Assembly (NCBI GenBank): GCA_964525195.1
Contig: CAZGGN010000001.1
Location: 1-63,121, forward strand
DNA: 63,121 nt
Direction: 5' to 3'
DNA from: an uncultured Congregibacter sp.
GTDB taxonomy: Bacteria; Pseudomonadota; Gammaproteobacteria; Pseudomonadales; Halieaceae
This document shows positions 21,474 to 35,906 of this stretch, piece after piece. The notes beneath the pieces were generated by a model. It did not search any database. It was not told where the DNA came from and worked only from the letters and a program-made list of their open reading frames with translations. Both the position numbers and the translations under genes were made by a program. Position 1 is the stretch's first letter; each line of letters starts with the position of its first letter.

Positions 21474-21505
21474 AGCAAACTGTTACGGCGAGCAAACTGT
21501 TACGG
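21474..21505. repeat. 15-bp direct repeat AGCAAACTGTTACGG x2
   Basis: Copies at 21474-21488 and 21491-21505 between rpmB and rpmG. Confidence 0.85.
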
Positions 21506-21523
21506 TGAGATCGCTGAGCGACC

Positions 21524-21760
21524 TCAGACTTTTTCGCCACGTGCGCGGATATCGCTCAGTACCGACTCGATACCTTTCTTGTCGATAATTCGCATACCCT
21601 TGCTGGAAATGCGCAGACGCACAAACCGCTTTTCGGACTCTACCCAGAACCGGTGCTGGTGCAGATTGGGCAGGAACCGACGACGGGTGCGGTTCTTGGC
21701 GTGGGATACATTGTTACCGGTGACCGGGCGCTTCCCGGTGACCTGACAGACTCTGGCCAT
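21524..21760 (-). CDS. rpmB: 50S ribosomal protein L28
   Basis: [31 protein letters not shown]. Confidence 0.99.
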   Translation of the reverse strand: MARVCQVTGKRPVTGNNVSHAKNRTRRRFLPNLHQHRFWVESEKRFVRLRISSKGMRIIDKKGIESVLSDIRARGEKV

Positions 21761-21879
21761 GACTTCCTCGCTGGACCCGAGCTGTACGCAGCGATAAAAC
21801 GCTGCTTACCCAGGCAAAAGCACTAAAATTCAATAAGTTACGCGTTTGAGGGAGATACCCCCCGATCGCGGAGCGCGAC

Positions 21880-21908
21880 TTTATACCAGAACCGACCCCG
21901 ACGAGCAA
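21880..21908 (-). promoter_or_regulatory. Sigma70 promoter of rpmBG
   Basis: TTGCTC-17bp-TATAAA with an extended TG and a GC-rich discriminator (GTCGCGC). Confidence 0.6.
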
Positions 21909-21949
21909 GCAATGCCCCGGAGATTTAAGCGTCGGGCGACACCGCCCGA

Positions 21950-22729
21950 TCAGAGCAGCCCGGCCTCGGCAAAGGAATAGCAGGCACCGCGACCCACGAT
22001 CAGATGGTCGAGCACCCGCACATCAATCAGGGCCAGCGCATCGCGCAAACGCTCGGTAATACGCCGGTCAGCACCTGAGGGCGAGACCAGCCCGGATGGA
22101 TGGTTATGCGCGAGTATCACCGCCGCGGCGCGATATTGCAGCGCACGCACAGCCACCTCCCGGGGGTATACCGCCGCACCATCCAGCGTGCCCAGAAAAA
22201 GGTCATCGCAACGCAGCAGCCGGTGCTGTGAATCCAGAAACAGACAACAGAACACCTCCCGGGACCGGTTGCCGAGGTGGTGCTGCAAAAACAGGCGCGT
22301 GCGCTGTGGACTGGACATCACATCGCGCTGGGTCAGGGGCTGCTGGGCGCAGCGGCGACCGAGCTCAAGGGCTGCTAGCAGCAGGGAGAGCTTTCCAGAA
22401 CCGATACCCGGCTCCGCCAGCAAGTGGCTGAGGTCGCCGCAGAACAGCCCTGCCAGGCCATCGTCCTGAGCCAGGAGCGATGCGGCCAGCGCGGTCGCAG
22501 ACCGGCCCGGGCTGCCGGTCCGCAACAGCACCGCCAGAAGCTCCGCATCGGACAGGGCTCTGGGGCCTCGCTCGAGGAGTTTTTCGCGTGGACCGTCATT
22601 TCCCGACCCCGGAGCCCGGCCGGGCCTGCGCCTGCGTCCCGGGGAGGTTTGCGCGAGCTGCTCCGGCTCAGCGGCTGCATCGCGCAAGGGCGCGAACCGG
22701 CCCACTCGAGCGGGTTCTCTTTCAGGCAT
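21950..22729 (-). CDS. radC: RadC (JAB domain) protein
   Basis: PREKL..LSDAELLA, VYPREV, HNHPSG..PS..D, LDHLIVG; start uncertain. Confidence 0.93.
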   Translation of the reverse strand: MPEREPARVGRFAPLRDAAAEPEQLAQTSPGRRRRPGRAPGSGNDGPREKLLERGPRALSDAELLAVLLRTGSPGRSATALAASLLAQDDGLAGLFCGDLSHLLAEPGIGSGKLSLLLAALELGRRCAQQPLTQRDVMSSPQRTRLFLQHHLGNRSREVFCCLFLDSQHRLLRCDDLFLGTLDGAAVYPREVAVRALQYRAAAVILAHNHPSGLVSPSGADRRITERLRDALALIDVRVLDHLIVGRGACYSFAEAGLL

Positions 22730-22835
22730 GTCGCGCCCCCTCCCCGGGTGCTGTGAGACTCTTTGAGTGTGTGCCACGCAGGGCCCACAGATGGTATCGT
22801 CCGTCCCTGCCTATTTTCCCTGCACGGGACAAGCA

Positions 22836-24053
22836 ATGGGACATCTAAACAATCGCCGGATACTCCTCGCCGTCTGCGGCGGGATCGCGGCCTACAAGTC
22901 TGCGGAGCTGCTGCGCGCACTGCAGTCTCACGGGGCCGACGTACGCGTTCTTATGACCCACGGGGCACAGGAATTCATCACGCCGCTAACTCTGCAGGCC
23001 TTATCGGGCCACCCGGTGCATCACAGCCTCCTCGACGAAGAGGCGGAGCGCGCCATGGGCCATATTGAGCTCGCGCGCTGGGCGGACCTTGTATTAGTCG
23101 CCCCGGCCACGGCTGACTGCATGGCAAGACTGGCGGCCGGACGCGCTGATGACCTGCTCGGCGCGGTGGTGCTCGCCAGCGCTGCACCGCTATTGCTGGC
23201 CCCGGCAATGAACCAGCAGATGTGGCGCGCTGAGGCCACGCAAAATAATCTCACGACGCTCCTGCAACGCGGCGTGCACATTGCGGGACCGGACAGTGGC
23301 GAACAGGCCTGCGGTGATGTGGGCCCCGGACGCATGCTCGAGCCGCGGGAGCTTACCGATCGGGCCTGCGGACTGTTCACCAGTCGCGTGCTCGACGGGC
23401 GCCGGGTAGTCATTACCGCAGGGCCCACCCGCGAACCCCTGGACCCGGTGCGCTATATTTCCAACCACTCTTCTGGTCGTATGGGCTATGCGCTGGCCCG
23501 GGCCGCGGCAGAAGCCGGCGCCAGGGTCGATCTGATCTCCGGACCGGTGACCATCCCCTGCCCGGAGCGCGTCGAGCGCCACTCGGTGACCACCGCCCGG
23601 GAGATGCTGGACTGCGCCCTGCAGCTGGCCCGGGGATGCGACATTTTTATTGCCTGTGCAGCGGTCGCGGACTATCGGCCCGCGACCCGGGCAGGGCAAA
23701 AAATCAAAAAATCTGACGAAGAAATCACGCTGACCCTGCAGCGAAACCCCGACATTGTCGCCACTATCAGCGCGATGGATTCAAGACCGTTTACCGTGGG
23801 ATTTGCCGCAGAGACCCAACAGCTGCGTGAGCACGCACTGGGCAAGCTGGAGCGAAAAGGCCTGGATATGATTGTTGCCAACGATGTGAGCGACAGCCGC
23901 ATCGGTTTTAACAGCGACAGCAACGCCGCACTGTTACTCTGGCCCGGGGCAGAGCGCACTATCGACATTTGCTCCAAGAATGTACTGGCAGCTATTGTGA
24001 TTGCACAGATTGCTGAGCTGTTGGATACACGGGCTCCCGCATCCACAGCTTGA
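22836..24053 (+). CDS. coaBC: Bifunctional PPC decarboxylase/PPC ligase
   Basis: GGIAAYK, PAMNQQM, TAGPTREPLDPVRYISNHSSGRMG, GFAAET. Confidence 0.97.
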   Translation: MGHLNNRRILLAVCGGIAAYKSAELLRALQSHGADVRVLMTHGAQEFITPLTLQALSGHPVHHSLLDEEAERAMGHIELARWADLVLVAPATADCMARLAAGRADDLLGAVVLASAAPLLLAPAMNQQMWRAEATQNNLTTLLQRGVHIAGPDSGEQACGDVGPGRMLEPRELTDRACGLFTSRVLDGRRVVITAGPTREPLDPVRYISNHSSGRMGYALARAAAEAGARVDLISGPVTIPCPERVERHSVTTAREMLDCALQLARGCDIFIACAAVADYRPATRAGQKIKKSDEEITLTLQRNPDIVATISAMDSRPFTVGFAAETQQLREHALGKLERKGLDMIVANDVSDSRIGFNSDSNAALLLWPGAERTIDICSKNVLAAIVIAQIAELLDTRAPASTA

Positions 24054-24137
24054 ATTCACCTTGGGTGGCCGAGAGTCTATGATGTCATCCAACAAGACGC
24101 AGCCCAAGACGCACTAGACGCTCGAGATCACAGGCAT

Positions 24138-27601
<3,464 letters not shown>

Positions 27602-27691
27602 CGCTAAAAACTGCCCGGGGGAGTCCGTGCGTATTGCCGTTGTGCAGGGCAGTCGCTAGGATGTTTCTTCCAGCCCGAACACGAGTCGTAC

Positions 27692-28312
27692 ATGCCGAGA
27701 AACGTTCAGCGTCGCCAGCAGATTCTCGAAACTCTGGCACAAATGCTGGAGGACAATCCCGGAGATCGCATTACGACCGCACGACTGGCCGCCAAGGTGG
27801 GCGTTTCGGAGGCGGCCCTCTACCGGCATTTTCCCAGCAAAGCCAAGATGTTCGAGGAACTCATCGCGTTTATCGAAGACACGCTGTTTGAGCGCATAGC
27901 GCTGATTCTCAAGGAGGAAGAGCGTGCCGCGCCGCGCTGCAAGCATATTCTGTTTCTGCTGATCAGCTTCGCCGAGCGCAACCCGGGGATCAGCCGCCTC
28001 CTGACCGGGGAAGCCCTGACGGGAGAAACAGCGCGACTCAGGCAACGGGTTAACCAGGTTCTGGACCGGGTCGAGACTCAGATCAAACAGGTGCTGCGTG
28101 AGGCGGAGGTGCGCGAGAATCTGCGCCCGGTGCTTGCCCTGCCGGAGGCGGCAAACCTGCTCTTCTGCTGTGCTGAGGGCCGGATTGCGCAGTTTGTGCG
28201 CAGCGAGTTCAAACGCAGCCCCAGCGAAGGCTGGAACCAGCAATACCAATTCCTGATGGAGGGCTTTTTCCGCGAAGTCCCATCCGCGGCGGGAATATCC
28301 CGGGTAGGTTAA
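27692..28312 (+). CDS. slmA: Nucleoid occlusion factor (TetR family)
   Basis: RITTARLAAKVGVSEAALYRHFPSKAKMFE; NPGISRLLTG. Confidence 0.93.
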   Translation: MPRNVQRRQQILETLAQMLEDNPGDRITTARLAAKVGVSEAALYRHFPSKAKMFEELIAFIEDTLFERIALILKEEERAAPRCKHILFLLISFAERNPGISRLLTGEALTGETARLRQRVNQVLDRVETQIKQVLREAEVRENLRPVLALPEAANLLFCCAEGRIAQFVRSEFKRSPSEGWNQQYQFLMEGFFREVPSAAGISRVG

Positions 28313-28338
28313 GGGGCGGGTGAAGAACCGCTGGGGCC

Positions 28339-28410
28339 GCTAAGGACGGCTAAGGACCAGAAAAAGACCCATAAAGGCCCATAAAGACCCATAAAGACCC
28401 ATAAAGACCG
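28339..28410. repeat. Tandem 10-bp repeat (ATAAAGACCC)n with upstream degenerate GCTAAGGAC units
   Basis: Five units at 28361-28410 plus two GCTAAGGAC units at the same 10-bp period. Confidence 0.9.
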
Positions 28411-28448
28411 TTATACGGAGCGGCCGTTAAAATCCGGTCAAGCACTCG

Positions 28449-29126
28449 TTATCGGTCCGGGCTCTCGCCGGAAGCCATCGCCCGACGCATCTCGACCACC
28501 TCAAGCAGTGTTGAAAAGCGCGCGATATCCCGCTCATAGCTGGTTTCGACCTCAGCAATTTCCGCCTGTCGGTCATTCACTGCGCGCTCCGTAGAGGCTA
28601 TCTCCGATTGCAGATCATCAATCGCGGTCAGGTGTTCAGCATTCACGCTGTTACCCACCCGCTCCTGGTCCGCCGCCAGGGACTGATAATTTTCTACCTG
28701 CTGCTTGAGGGAGCGCAGCTTGCCCTTGAGAATACTCACGCGGATACGCAGATCGCGCAGCGCTCGATCCCTGGCCGCCTCGATATCCTCAATCGTGCTG
28801 TAGCGCAGTAACAGTGACTCGTCCCACTGGCGAAGCCTTGCCTGCTCCTCTGCCGCATCGCGCTCACGGCGCGCCTGGCTGTCCAGATCCTCCCGCTCAC
28901 CCTCATCAAGCTGCCGGGGCACTACCGACAAGAGAGCGCCCGTGGGACTGAGAACCTCGTAACCATTGGCGATAAATTCGGGCGGCACCTGATAGGCGAC
29001 GACCATATGGCCCTCGTCATTTGTGTAACGATACATCTGCCGGGCCTGAGCTTCCGCCGTCTGCGCAGGGATAGCGCAAACAACCGGCACGACTGCGAGG
29101 GCAAAGACATGAATCCAATTTTTCAT
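28449..29126 (-). CDS. Exported coiled-coil protein with DUF4124-like N-terminus
   Basis: Signal peptide, MYRYTNDEG, GYEVLSPTG, LLLRYSTIEDIEAARDR; downstream of pyrE. Confidence 0.75.
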   Translation of the reverse strand: MKNWIHVFALAVVPVVCAIPAQTAEAQARQMYRYTNDEGHMVVAYQVPPEFIANGYEVLSPTGALLSVVPRQLDEGEREDLDSQARRERDAAEEQARLRQWDESLLLRYSTIEDIEAARDRALRDLRIRVSILKGKLRSLKQQVENYQSLAADQERVGNSVNAEHLTAIDDLQSEIASTERAVNDRQAEIAEVETSYERDIARFSTLLEVVEMRRAMASGESPDR

Positions 29127-29162
29127 AGGGTCAATATAGAGCCGCGCCGCGGTCCCCACAAG

Positions 29163-29822
29163 TCATACGCCATAGCGTTTTCGGTAGGCGCGCATGGCTT
29201 CCAGGGCGCCGGGGGGGGCTTCCTCGCCCGAACCCGGACCCAACTGCTCGAGATAGGCAATAAGGTCCTGCATCGCAATAATACTCAATACCGGAACACC
29301 CCATTGCTGCTCGATCTCCTGGATTGCAGACAGCTCACCCTGCCCCCGCTCCTGGCGATTGAGACCGATCACCACCCCGGCAAGTTCCGCTCCCGCATCA
29401 CGGATCATTCCGATAACCTCAGCGACCGCGGTACCCGCGGTAATGACGTCATCAATCACCAGAACCCGGCCCTGCAGCGGCGCCCCCACCAGCATGCCTC
29501 CCTCGCCATGCGCCTTGGCTTCCTTGCGGTTGTAGGCAAAGGGTACGTCCCGATCATGTTGGTCCGCGAGCGCGATTGCGGTGGCACTCGCCAGGGGAAT
29601 CCCCTTGTACGCCGGCCCTAAGAGCACATCAAAGTCGATAGCCGCATCAACGATGCACTGCGCGTAGTGACGGCCCAGGGCGGCGAGGGCGGCACCGCTG
29701 TCGAAGGCACCGGCGTTAAAAAAATAGGGGCTCTGGCGACCTGACTTGAGCGTAAATTCGCCAAAGCGAAGGACCTGATAATGGCGCGCGAGCGCAATGA
29801 AATCGCGTTGATAAGCTTGCAT
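29163..29822 (-). CDS. pyrE: Orotate phosphoribosyltransferase
   Basis: [35 protein letters not shown]. Confidence 0.98.
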   Translation of the reverse strand: MQAYQRDFIALARHYQVLRFGEFTLKSGRQSPYFFNAGAFDSGAALAALGRHYAQCIVDAAIDFDVLLGPAYKGIPLASATAIALADQHDRDVPFAYNRKEAKAHGEGGMLVGAPLQGRVLVIDDVITAGTAVAEVIGMIRDAGAELAGVVIGLNRQERGQGELSAIQEIEQQWGVPVLSIIAMQDLIAYLEQLGPGSGEEAPPGALEAMRAYRKRYGV

Positions 29823-29855
29823 CAGCGGACCTGGAAGAAGGAAAAGACAATTGGC

Positions 29856-29875
29856 ATGACAGTATATTCTGTCAT
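29856..29875. promoter_or_regulatory. Inverted repeat ATGACAG-N6-CTGTCAT, candidate operator
   Basis: Palindrome in the divergent pyrE/crc intergenic region. Confidence 0.4.
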
Positions 29876-29920
29876 CTGGCGTTTCTGTATCATAGCGTCT
29901 CGTTATATCGGGGTGACGCA

Positions 29921-30682
29921 ATGAGAATCATCAGCTTCAGCGCAGACGGCCTGCGCGAAGCCGCGAAACGGGGATTTTATACCTGGCTTTCACGTCAGGA
30001 CGCTGATTTCGTGTGCATTCAGGATTTGCGGTGCTCGGAATACGACCTGCAGGATGAGCTGTTTTTCCCCCGCGACTACAACGCCTACTTTTTTGACGAC
30101 ATCAACGGCAAGGACAATGGCGTGGCAATCTACTGCCGCACGCTCCCCAAGGCGATCATGACCGGCCTCGGATTTGGCGATTTTGACATGCAGGGGCGTT
30201 ATATCCAGGCCGATTACGCCAATCTGTCCGTGGGCTGCCTGCTGGCCCCCGTCGCGGAAGATGGCGACGAAGCCGCGCAGGAAACCAAGAACGAATTCTT
30301 CAACCTGCTCGGGGCGCATCTACAGAAAGTACGGAACAAACGCCGGGACTTCATTATTTGTGGCAACTGGCGCATGGCCCACACTGCCGCCGATATGCAG
30401 AACAGTACGGAAAACAGCAACCGGTCAGGCTTCCTTCCCGAGGAGCGCCAGTGGATGGACGAGCTGCTGGAGAATGGCTACAGCGACGCGTTCCGCCAGA
30501 TCAGTGCCGACAGCGATGCTTTTACCTACTGGCCCGCAGAGCATGGCCAGGACGGATGGCGAATCGATCTGCAGATCATCTCGGACGACCTGCAGTACAC
30601 CGTTGAGCATGGTGCCATATACACCGGTGAGCGCTTCTCGCGACACGCCCCGCTGATTATCGATTACGACATCGATCTCTGA
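29921..30682 (+). CDS. crc: Catabolite repression control protein (ExoIII family)
   Basis: [44 protein letters not shown]; pyrE-crc-rph synteny. Confidence 0.8.
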   Translation: MRIISFSADGLREAAKRGFYTWLSRQDADFVCIQDLRCSEYDLQDELFFPRDYNAYFFDDINGKDNGVAIYCRTLPKAIMTGLGFGDFDMQGRYIQADYANLSVGCLLAPVAEDGDEAAQETKNEFFNLLGAHLQKVRNKRRDFIICGNWRMAHTAADMQNSTENSNRSGFLPEERQWMDELLENGYSDAFRQISADSDAFTYWPAEHGQDGWRIDLQIISDDLQYTVEHGAIYTGERFSRHAPLIIDYDIDL

Positions 30683-30697
30683 CGGTCTAGCCCGCCG

Positions 30698-31420
30698 CTA
30701 ACCCGAAGCCAGGGCGCGGCGCTGACAATCAATAAGCTGCATAATCCCGGTTCCCGCAAGATCCAGCATCTGATCCAGCTCCGAGCGATTGAAGGGCGCC
30801 GCTTCTGCGGTGCCCTGCACCTCAATAAACTCACCTTTTTCAGTCATTACCACGTTGAGATCCGTATCGGCTTTAGAGTCCTCGATGTAGTCAAGATCCA
30901 GCACTGCCTCGCCCTGATAAACCCCCACAGACACGGAGGCAACGAAGTCCCGGAGCGGGTCGGTTTTGATCTTGCGCTCGCGCTGCAGACCGTTGATCGC
31001 ATCAACCAGAGCCACGAAGGCACCGGTAATGGAGGCCGTGCGTGTGCCGCCGTCGGCCTGAATCACATCGCAATCCAGGGTGATGGTGTGCTCACCGAGG
31101 AGCGACAGGTCCACCGCTGCGCGCAGCGAGCGTCCGATCAAGCGCTGGATCTCCTGCGTCCGCCCTCCCTGCCTGCCACGGGCCGCCTCCCGCCCCATGC
31201 GCGAGCCCGTGGAGCGCGGCAGCATGCCGTATTCCGCCGTGACCCAGCCGGAGTTTTTTCCGCGCAGGAATCGCGGCACGCTTTCCTCGACGCTCGCGGT
31301 GCAGATAACCCGGGTATTGCCGAAGCTGACCAGCACCGAGCCCTCGGCGTGACAGGTAAAATTGCGGTCAATGGATATATCGCGAAGCTGATCTGCGGCC
31401 CGGCCACTGGGTCTTGGCAT
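30698..31420 (-). CDS. rph: Ribonuclease PH
   Basis: [31 protein letters not shown]. Confidence 0.98.
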   Translation of the reverse strand: MPRPSGRAADQLRDISIDRNFTCHAEGSVLVSFGNTRVICTASVEESVPRFLRGKNSGWVTAEYGMLPRSTGSRMGREAARGRQGGRTQEIQRLIGRSLRAAVDLSLLGEHTITLDCDVIQADGGTRTASITGAFVALVDAINGLQRERKIKTDPLRDFVASVSVGVYQGEAVLDLDYIEDSKADTDLNVVMTEKGEFIEVQGTAEAAPFNRSELDQMLDLAGTGIMQLIDCQRRALASG

Positions 31421-31525
31421 TGAGTTCATTCCTCATAGGGGATAAACCGCGCATTATACGCGGCGGCGCGCAAAGTCGCGTCGATCAAGCTGATACCATG
31501 CGGGAACTCTCTCAGGGGATTGTCT

Positions 31526-32389
31526 ATGAGCCTGCACAGCATGACTGCTTTTGCCCGGGAAACAGCGCCAGGGCCTGACGCGGTGATCGTCGAGCTTCGC
31601 AGCGTCAACCACCGCTATCTGGACTGCCATTTCAAACTGCCGGACAGCCTGAGGGCGCTGGAACCGAAGCTTCGCGATGCCCTGGGGAAAACGCTCAAAC
31701 GCGGCAAGGTAGATTGTCAGATACGGATTGCTGATGACGCCGGCCGGCACAGCCTGGCCCTCGACGAGGAGCGCCTGAAAGCCGTTCTCAGCGCGCTGGA
31801 GACCCTGCAGAGCGCCGCACCGCAGCTGGCGCCGCCGGATGCCCTGGCGCTGCTGCAATTTCCGGGAATCTGTGAGGGGAGGGGGGATCAGGAAAAAAGC
31901 CTGCAGTCCTCGGCGCTGGCGACCTTTGAGCGGGCACTGGAGACCCTGCAGGAAAGCAGAGCCCGGGAAGGCGCGCAGCTCGCAAAGCTGCTGCATCGCC
32001 GGATTCAGGGCGTGCAGGAAGAAGTCTCAAGGGTGCGCGGCGAGCTTCCGTTGCTGCGGGAACGCCAGGAAGAGCGACTGCGACAGCGACTGGAGGACCT
32101 CGAGCAGCCGGTGGATGCGGGCCGCCTGGAGCAGGAGCTGGTTCTCATGCTGCAGAAATCGGATGTCGATGAGGAACTCGACCGGCTCGAGGCACACGTG
32201 GAAGAGATAACCCGCATTCTCAATCAGGGGGGACCCTGCGGTCGTCGTCTGGATTTTCTAATGCAGGAGCTCAACCGTGAGGCCAACACCTTGTCCTCGA
32301 AGTCGACAGCAGGCAGTACGACCCAGAGCGCGGTGGAGCTGAAGGTACTGATTGAGCAGATGCGCGAACAGATACAGAACATCGAGTAG
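31526..32389 (+). CDS. yicC: YicC/YloC family endoribonuclease
   Basis: SMTAF, RSVNHRYLD, GRRLDFLMQELNREANT, EQMREQIQNIE. Confidence 0.96.
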   Translation: MSLHSMTAFARETAPGPDAVIVELRSVNHRYLDCHFKLPDSLRALEPKLRDALGKTLKRGKVDCQIRIADDAGRHSLALDEERLKAVLSALETLQSAAPQLAPPDALALLQFPGICEGRGDQEKSLQSSALATFERALETLQESRAREGAQLAKLLHRRIQGVQEEVSRVRGELPLLRERQEERLRQRLEDLEQPVDAGRLEQELVLMLQKSDVDEELDRLEAHVEEITRILNQGGPCGRRLDFLMQELNREANTLSSKSTAGSTTQSAVELKVLIEQMREQIQNIE

Positions 32390-32420
32390 GCGGTTAGCAA
32401 AAACCGTCCGGCTACCGTAA

Positions 32421-33086
<666 letters not shown>

Positions 33087-33286
33087 GCACTGGCCACGCG
33101 GGTAAAGATTACCGCAGTTAATGCGCTGTACAGTGCCGCTTTTAGGCTATAATGGACGGCTTTTCGGCGTGTTCAGCGCCGGGCGACGCCAAACGATACA
33201 GCCGTGAGATGCAGTCGCCTCAGGCCCGCCGAAGGGTCTGCGCGCACCGGCTTAACGATATTTTAGACAACAGTGGAATAGAGAAC

Positions 33287-33547
33287 ATGGCACGTGTAAC
33301 CGTAGAAGACTGTCTGGAAAACGTCGATAACCGCTTTGAACTGGTTATGGTTGCCAGCAAGCGCGCACGACAGATCGCCACCGGCGGCAAAGAGCCGCTG
33401 GTGCAGGAAGAGTCGGACAAGCCCACGGTAATCGCCCTGCGCGAAATCGCCGAAGGTCTGGTCACCGCGGACATGCTCAACCGTGAAGACGAACTGGATG
33501 CCGAGGAAGAACTTGCCGAAGTCATGGGTGCAAGCGAAAGCTTCTGA
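33287..33547 (+). CDS. rpoZ: RNA polymerase omega subunit
   Basis: [36 protein letters not shown]. Confidence 0.98.
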   Translation: MARVTVEDCLENVDNRFELVMVASKRARQIATGGKEPLVQEESDKPTVIALREIAEGLVTADMLNREDELDAEEELAEVMGASESF

Positions 33548-33672
33548 CCCTGTCTCGCCGCGTGCCGGCTCTCGCCCGCCCAGGCACGCGCCGGCGGTTC
33601 AGGCCGGCATGTCTGCGCTCGCGGCGCGGGCGCTGATGGCCATCCTGAGCTGACCCCGGACGACGGGCACTC

Positions 33673-35790
33673 ATGCAAACCATTGACTCCCTGGATGCCC
33701 GGCTGCACTCCTATCTGGATGAGCAGCAGACCACGCTGGTGCGTCGCGCCTACTACTATGCCGAACAGGCCCACTACGGCCAACAGCGCCGCAGCGGCGA
33801 ACCCTACGTAACCCATCCGCTGGCAGTCGCCGGCATTCTTGCTGACATGCACATGGACCATCAAAGCCTGATGGCCGCCATGTTGCACGACGTCATCGAA
33901 GACACGGGCATCGACAAATCAGCCATCGAAGCCCAGTTTGGCGAGGCGGTAGCCGAGCTGGTGGATGGGGTCAGTAAACTGACCCAGATCGAATTCGACA
34001 CCCTCGAAGAGAAGCAAGCCGAGAATTTTCAGAAGATGGCCCTGGCCATGGCGCGGGATATCCGGGTCATTCTGGTCAAGCTCGCGGACCGGCTGCACAA
34101 CATGCGCACTCTGGGCGTCCTGCCGACCGCCAAAGCCCGACGCATAGCCAGGGAAACACTGGATATCTACGCGCCGATTGCCATGCGCCTGGGGATGAAT
34201 TCCGTGCGCATGGAATTTGAAGACCTGGGCTTTTCCGCGCTGTATCCGATGCGCGCACGGCGCATCGAAGCGGCGCGAAAAGCTGCTCGCGGAAATCGCC
34301 GGGAGCTGGTCGAAAAAATCACCAGCCAGATTGAAAACGCCCTGGCCCAGGACGGTCACGAGGCGACGGTCCTGGGCCGCGAAAAGCATCTCTACAGCAT
34401 CTATCAAAAAATGCGGGCAAAAAAGAAGTCCTTCTCCGAGATCATGGACATCTACGCCTTTCGCATCGTCGTCGACTCGGTCGATAGCTGCTACCGGGTC
34501 CTGGGCTGTATACACTCGCTCTACAAACCCGTACCCGGTGAATTCAAAGACTACATCGCCATTCCCAAGGCCAATGGCTACCAGTCCCTGCACACCGTGA
34601 CCATGGGCATGCACGGGGTCCCGGTGGAAATCCAGATTCGCACCCGGGAAATGGAGGACATGGCCAACAACGGTATCGCCGCGCACTGGCTGTACAAGAC
34701 CGACTCGGATACGGCAAAAGGCTCTCATGCGCGCGCCCGCCAGTGGGTGCAGGGCCTCCTCGAGATGCAGCAGCGTGCCGGTAACAGTCTGGAATTTATC
34801 GAAAACGTCAAAATCGATCTGTTTCCGGATGAGATTTACATATTCACCCCCAAGGGCAGCATTATGGAGCTCCCCCGGGGTGCAACCGCCGTGGACTTCG
34901 CCTACGCGGTACACACGGAACTGGGCAACAGCTGCGTGGCCTGCCGCATCAACCGGCGACTCGCGCCGCTGTCAGAGCCGCTGCAGAGTGGTCAGACCGT
35001 GGAGGTCATCACCGCCAACGGCGCGCGGCCCAACCCCTCCTGGTTCAACTATGCGATCACTGCCAAGGCTCGCAGCAATATTCGCCACTACCTCAAGAAT
35101 CAGACCCGGGAAGATGCCATCGCACTGGGTCGGCGATTGCTGGATAAGTCTCTCAGCAGCTTCGGCCTTGATACGGGCGAACTATCCGAGGCTCGTCTTG
35201 CGAGCTATCTGGAGAGCGTCGCCCTGGATGAACTGGATGACCTGCTGGCGGAGATCGCCCAGGGCAGACGCCTGCCGGGCGTAGTGGCATCACAGCTCGC
35301 GGGAGAGACGAATACCGAGGGCCCCTCACCACAGCCAGGCAGTGACACACCGCTGGCTATTCGTGGCACCGAAGGCTTTATGGTCAGTTATGCGCGCTGC
35401 TGTCGACCGCTCCCCGGGGACCCGATAGCCGGCTATCTGAGCTCCGAGCGCGGTGTCGTTGTACACCGGGAGAATTGTCGCAATCTGGCCGATATGCGCG
35501 ACAAACCGGAACAGTGGATACCGCTGCGCTGGGACGACAGCGTCGAGGGCGAATTCCTGGCCGAGCTGCGCATCGAAACGGAAAATCGCCGCGGCACCAT
35601 CGCGACCATTGCCACACGCATCAACAGCATGGACGTGAATATCGACAAGATCAGCTCGACGGACAAGGACTACCAGTACACCTATGTGGATCTGGACCTG
35701 CACGTGAAAAACCGGGTACATCTCGCGCGGATTATGCGCCGTCTGCGCAGTATCGACAGCGTGCGTCGCGTCAGCCGCGTGCGCAACTGA
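33673..35790 (+). CDS. spoT: Bifunctional (p)ppGpp synthetase/hydrolase
   Basis: Intact HD motif (LHDVIED), KLADRLHNMRT, NGYQSLHT, TGS and ACT domains. Confidence 0.98.
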   Translation: MQTIDSLDARLHSYLDEQQTTLVRRAYYYAEQAHYGQQRRSGEPYVTHPLAVAGILADMHMDHQSLMAAMLHDVIEDTGIDKSAIEAQFGEAVAELVDGVSKLTQIEFDTLEEKQAENFQKMALAMARDIRVILVKLADRLHNMRTLGVLPTAKARRIARETLDIYAPIAMRLGMNSVRMEFEDLGFSALYPMRARRIEAARKAARGNRRELVEKITSQIENALAQDGHEATVLGREKHLYSIYQKMRAKKKSFSEIMDIYAFRIVVDSVDSCYRVLGCIHSLYKPVPGEFKDYIAIPKANGYQSLHTVTMGMHGVPVEIQIRTREMEDMANNGIAAHWLYKTDSDTAKGSHARARQWVQGLLEMQQRAGNSLEFIENVKIDLFPDEIYIFTPKGSIMELPRGATAVDFAYAVHTELGNSCVACRINRRLAPLSEPLQSGQTVEVITANGARPNPSWFNYAITAKARSNIRHYLKNQTREDAIALGRRLLDKSLSSFGLDTGELSEARLASYLESVALDELDDLLAEIAQGRRLPGVVASQLAGETNTEGPSPQPGSDTPLAIRGTEGFMVSYARCCRPLPGDPIAGYLSSERGVVVHRENCRNLADMRDKPEQWIPLRWDDSVEGEFLAELRIETENRRGTIATIATRINSMDVNIDKISSTDKDYQYTYVDLDLHVKNRVHLARIMRRLRSIDSVRRVSRVRN

Positions 35791-35829
35791 AACCTGTTCA
35801 GGTCGCAGCAGGTCATTCATTTATCTCAT

Positions 35830-35885
35830 TGATCGCTTACCATCTATCACCTGGCAACTATCGCCTGGCACCCGTCGCCTACCCT
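35830..35885. repeat. Degenerate 14-bp tandem repeat, about 4 units
   Basis: TGATCGCTTACCAT / CTATCACCTGGCAA / CTATCGCCTGGCAC / CCGTCGCCTACCCT. Confidence 0.55.
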
Positions 35886-35906
35886 CTACACTGTAAGGAG
35901 TATTTT

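Noticed and set aside
21950-22729. radC as a mobile-element marker
   Set aside because: Full-length chromosomal type in the canonical coaBC/radC/rpmBG context.
28339-28410. Repeat array as a CRISPR
   Set aside because: Contiguous 10-bp units without spacers; no cas genes.
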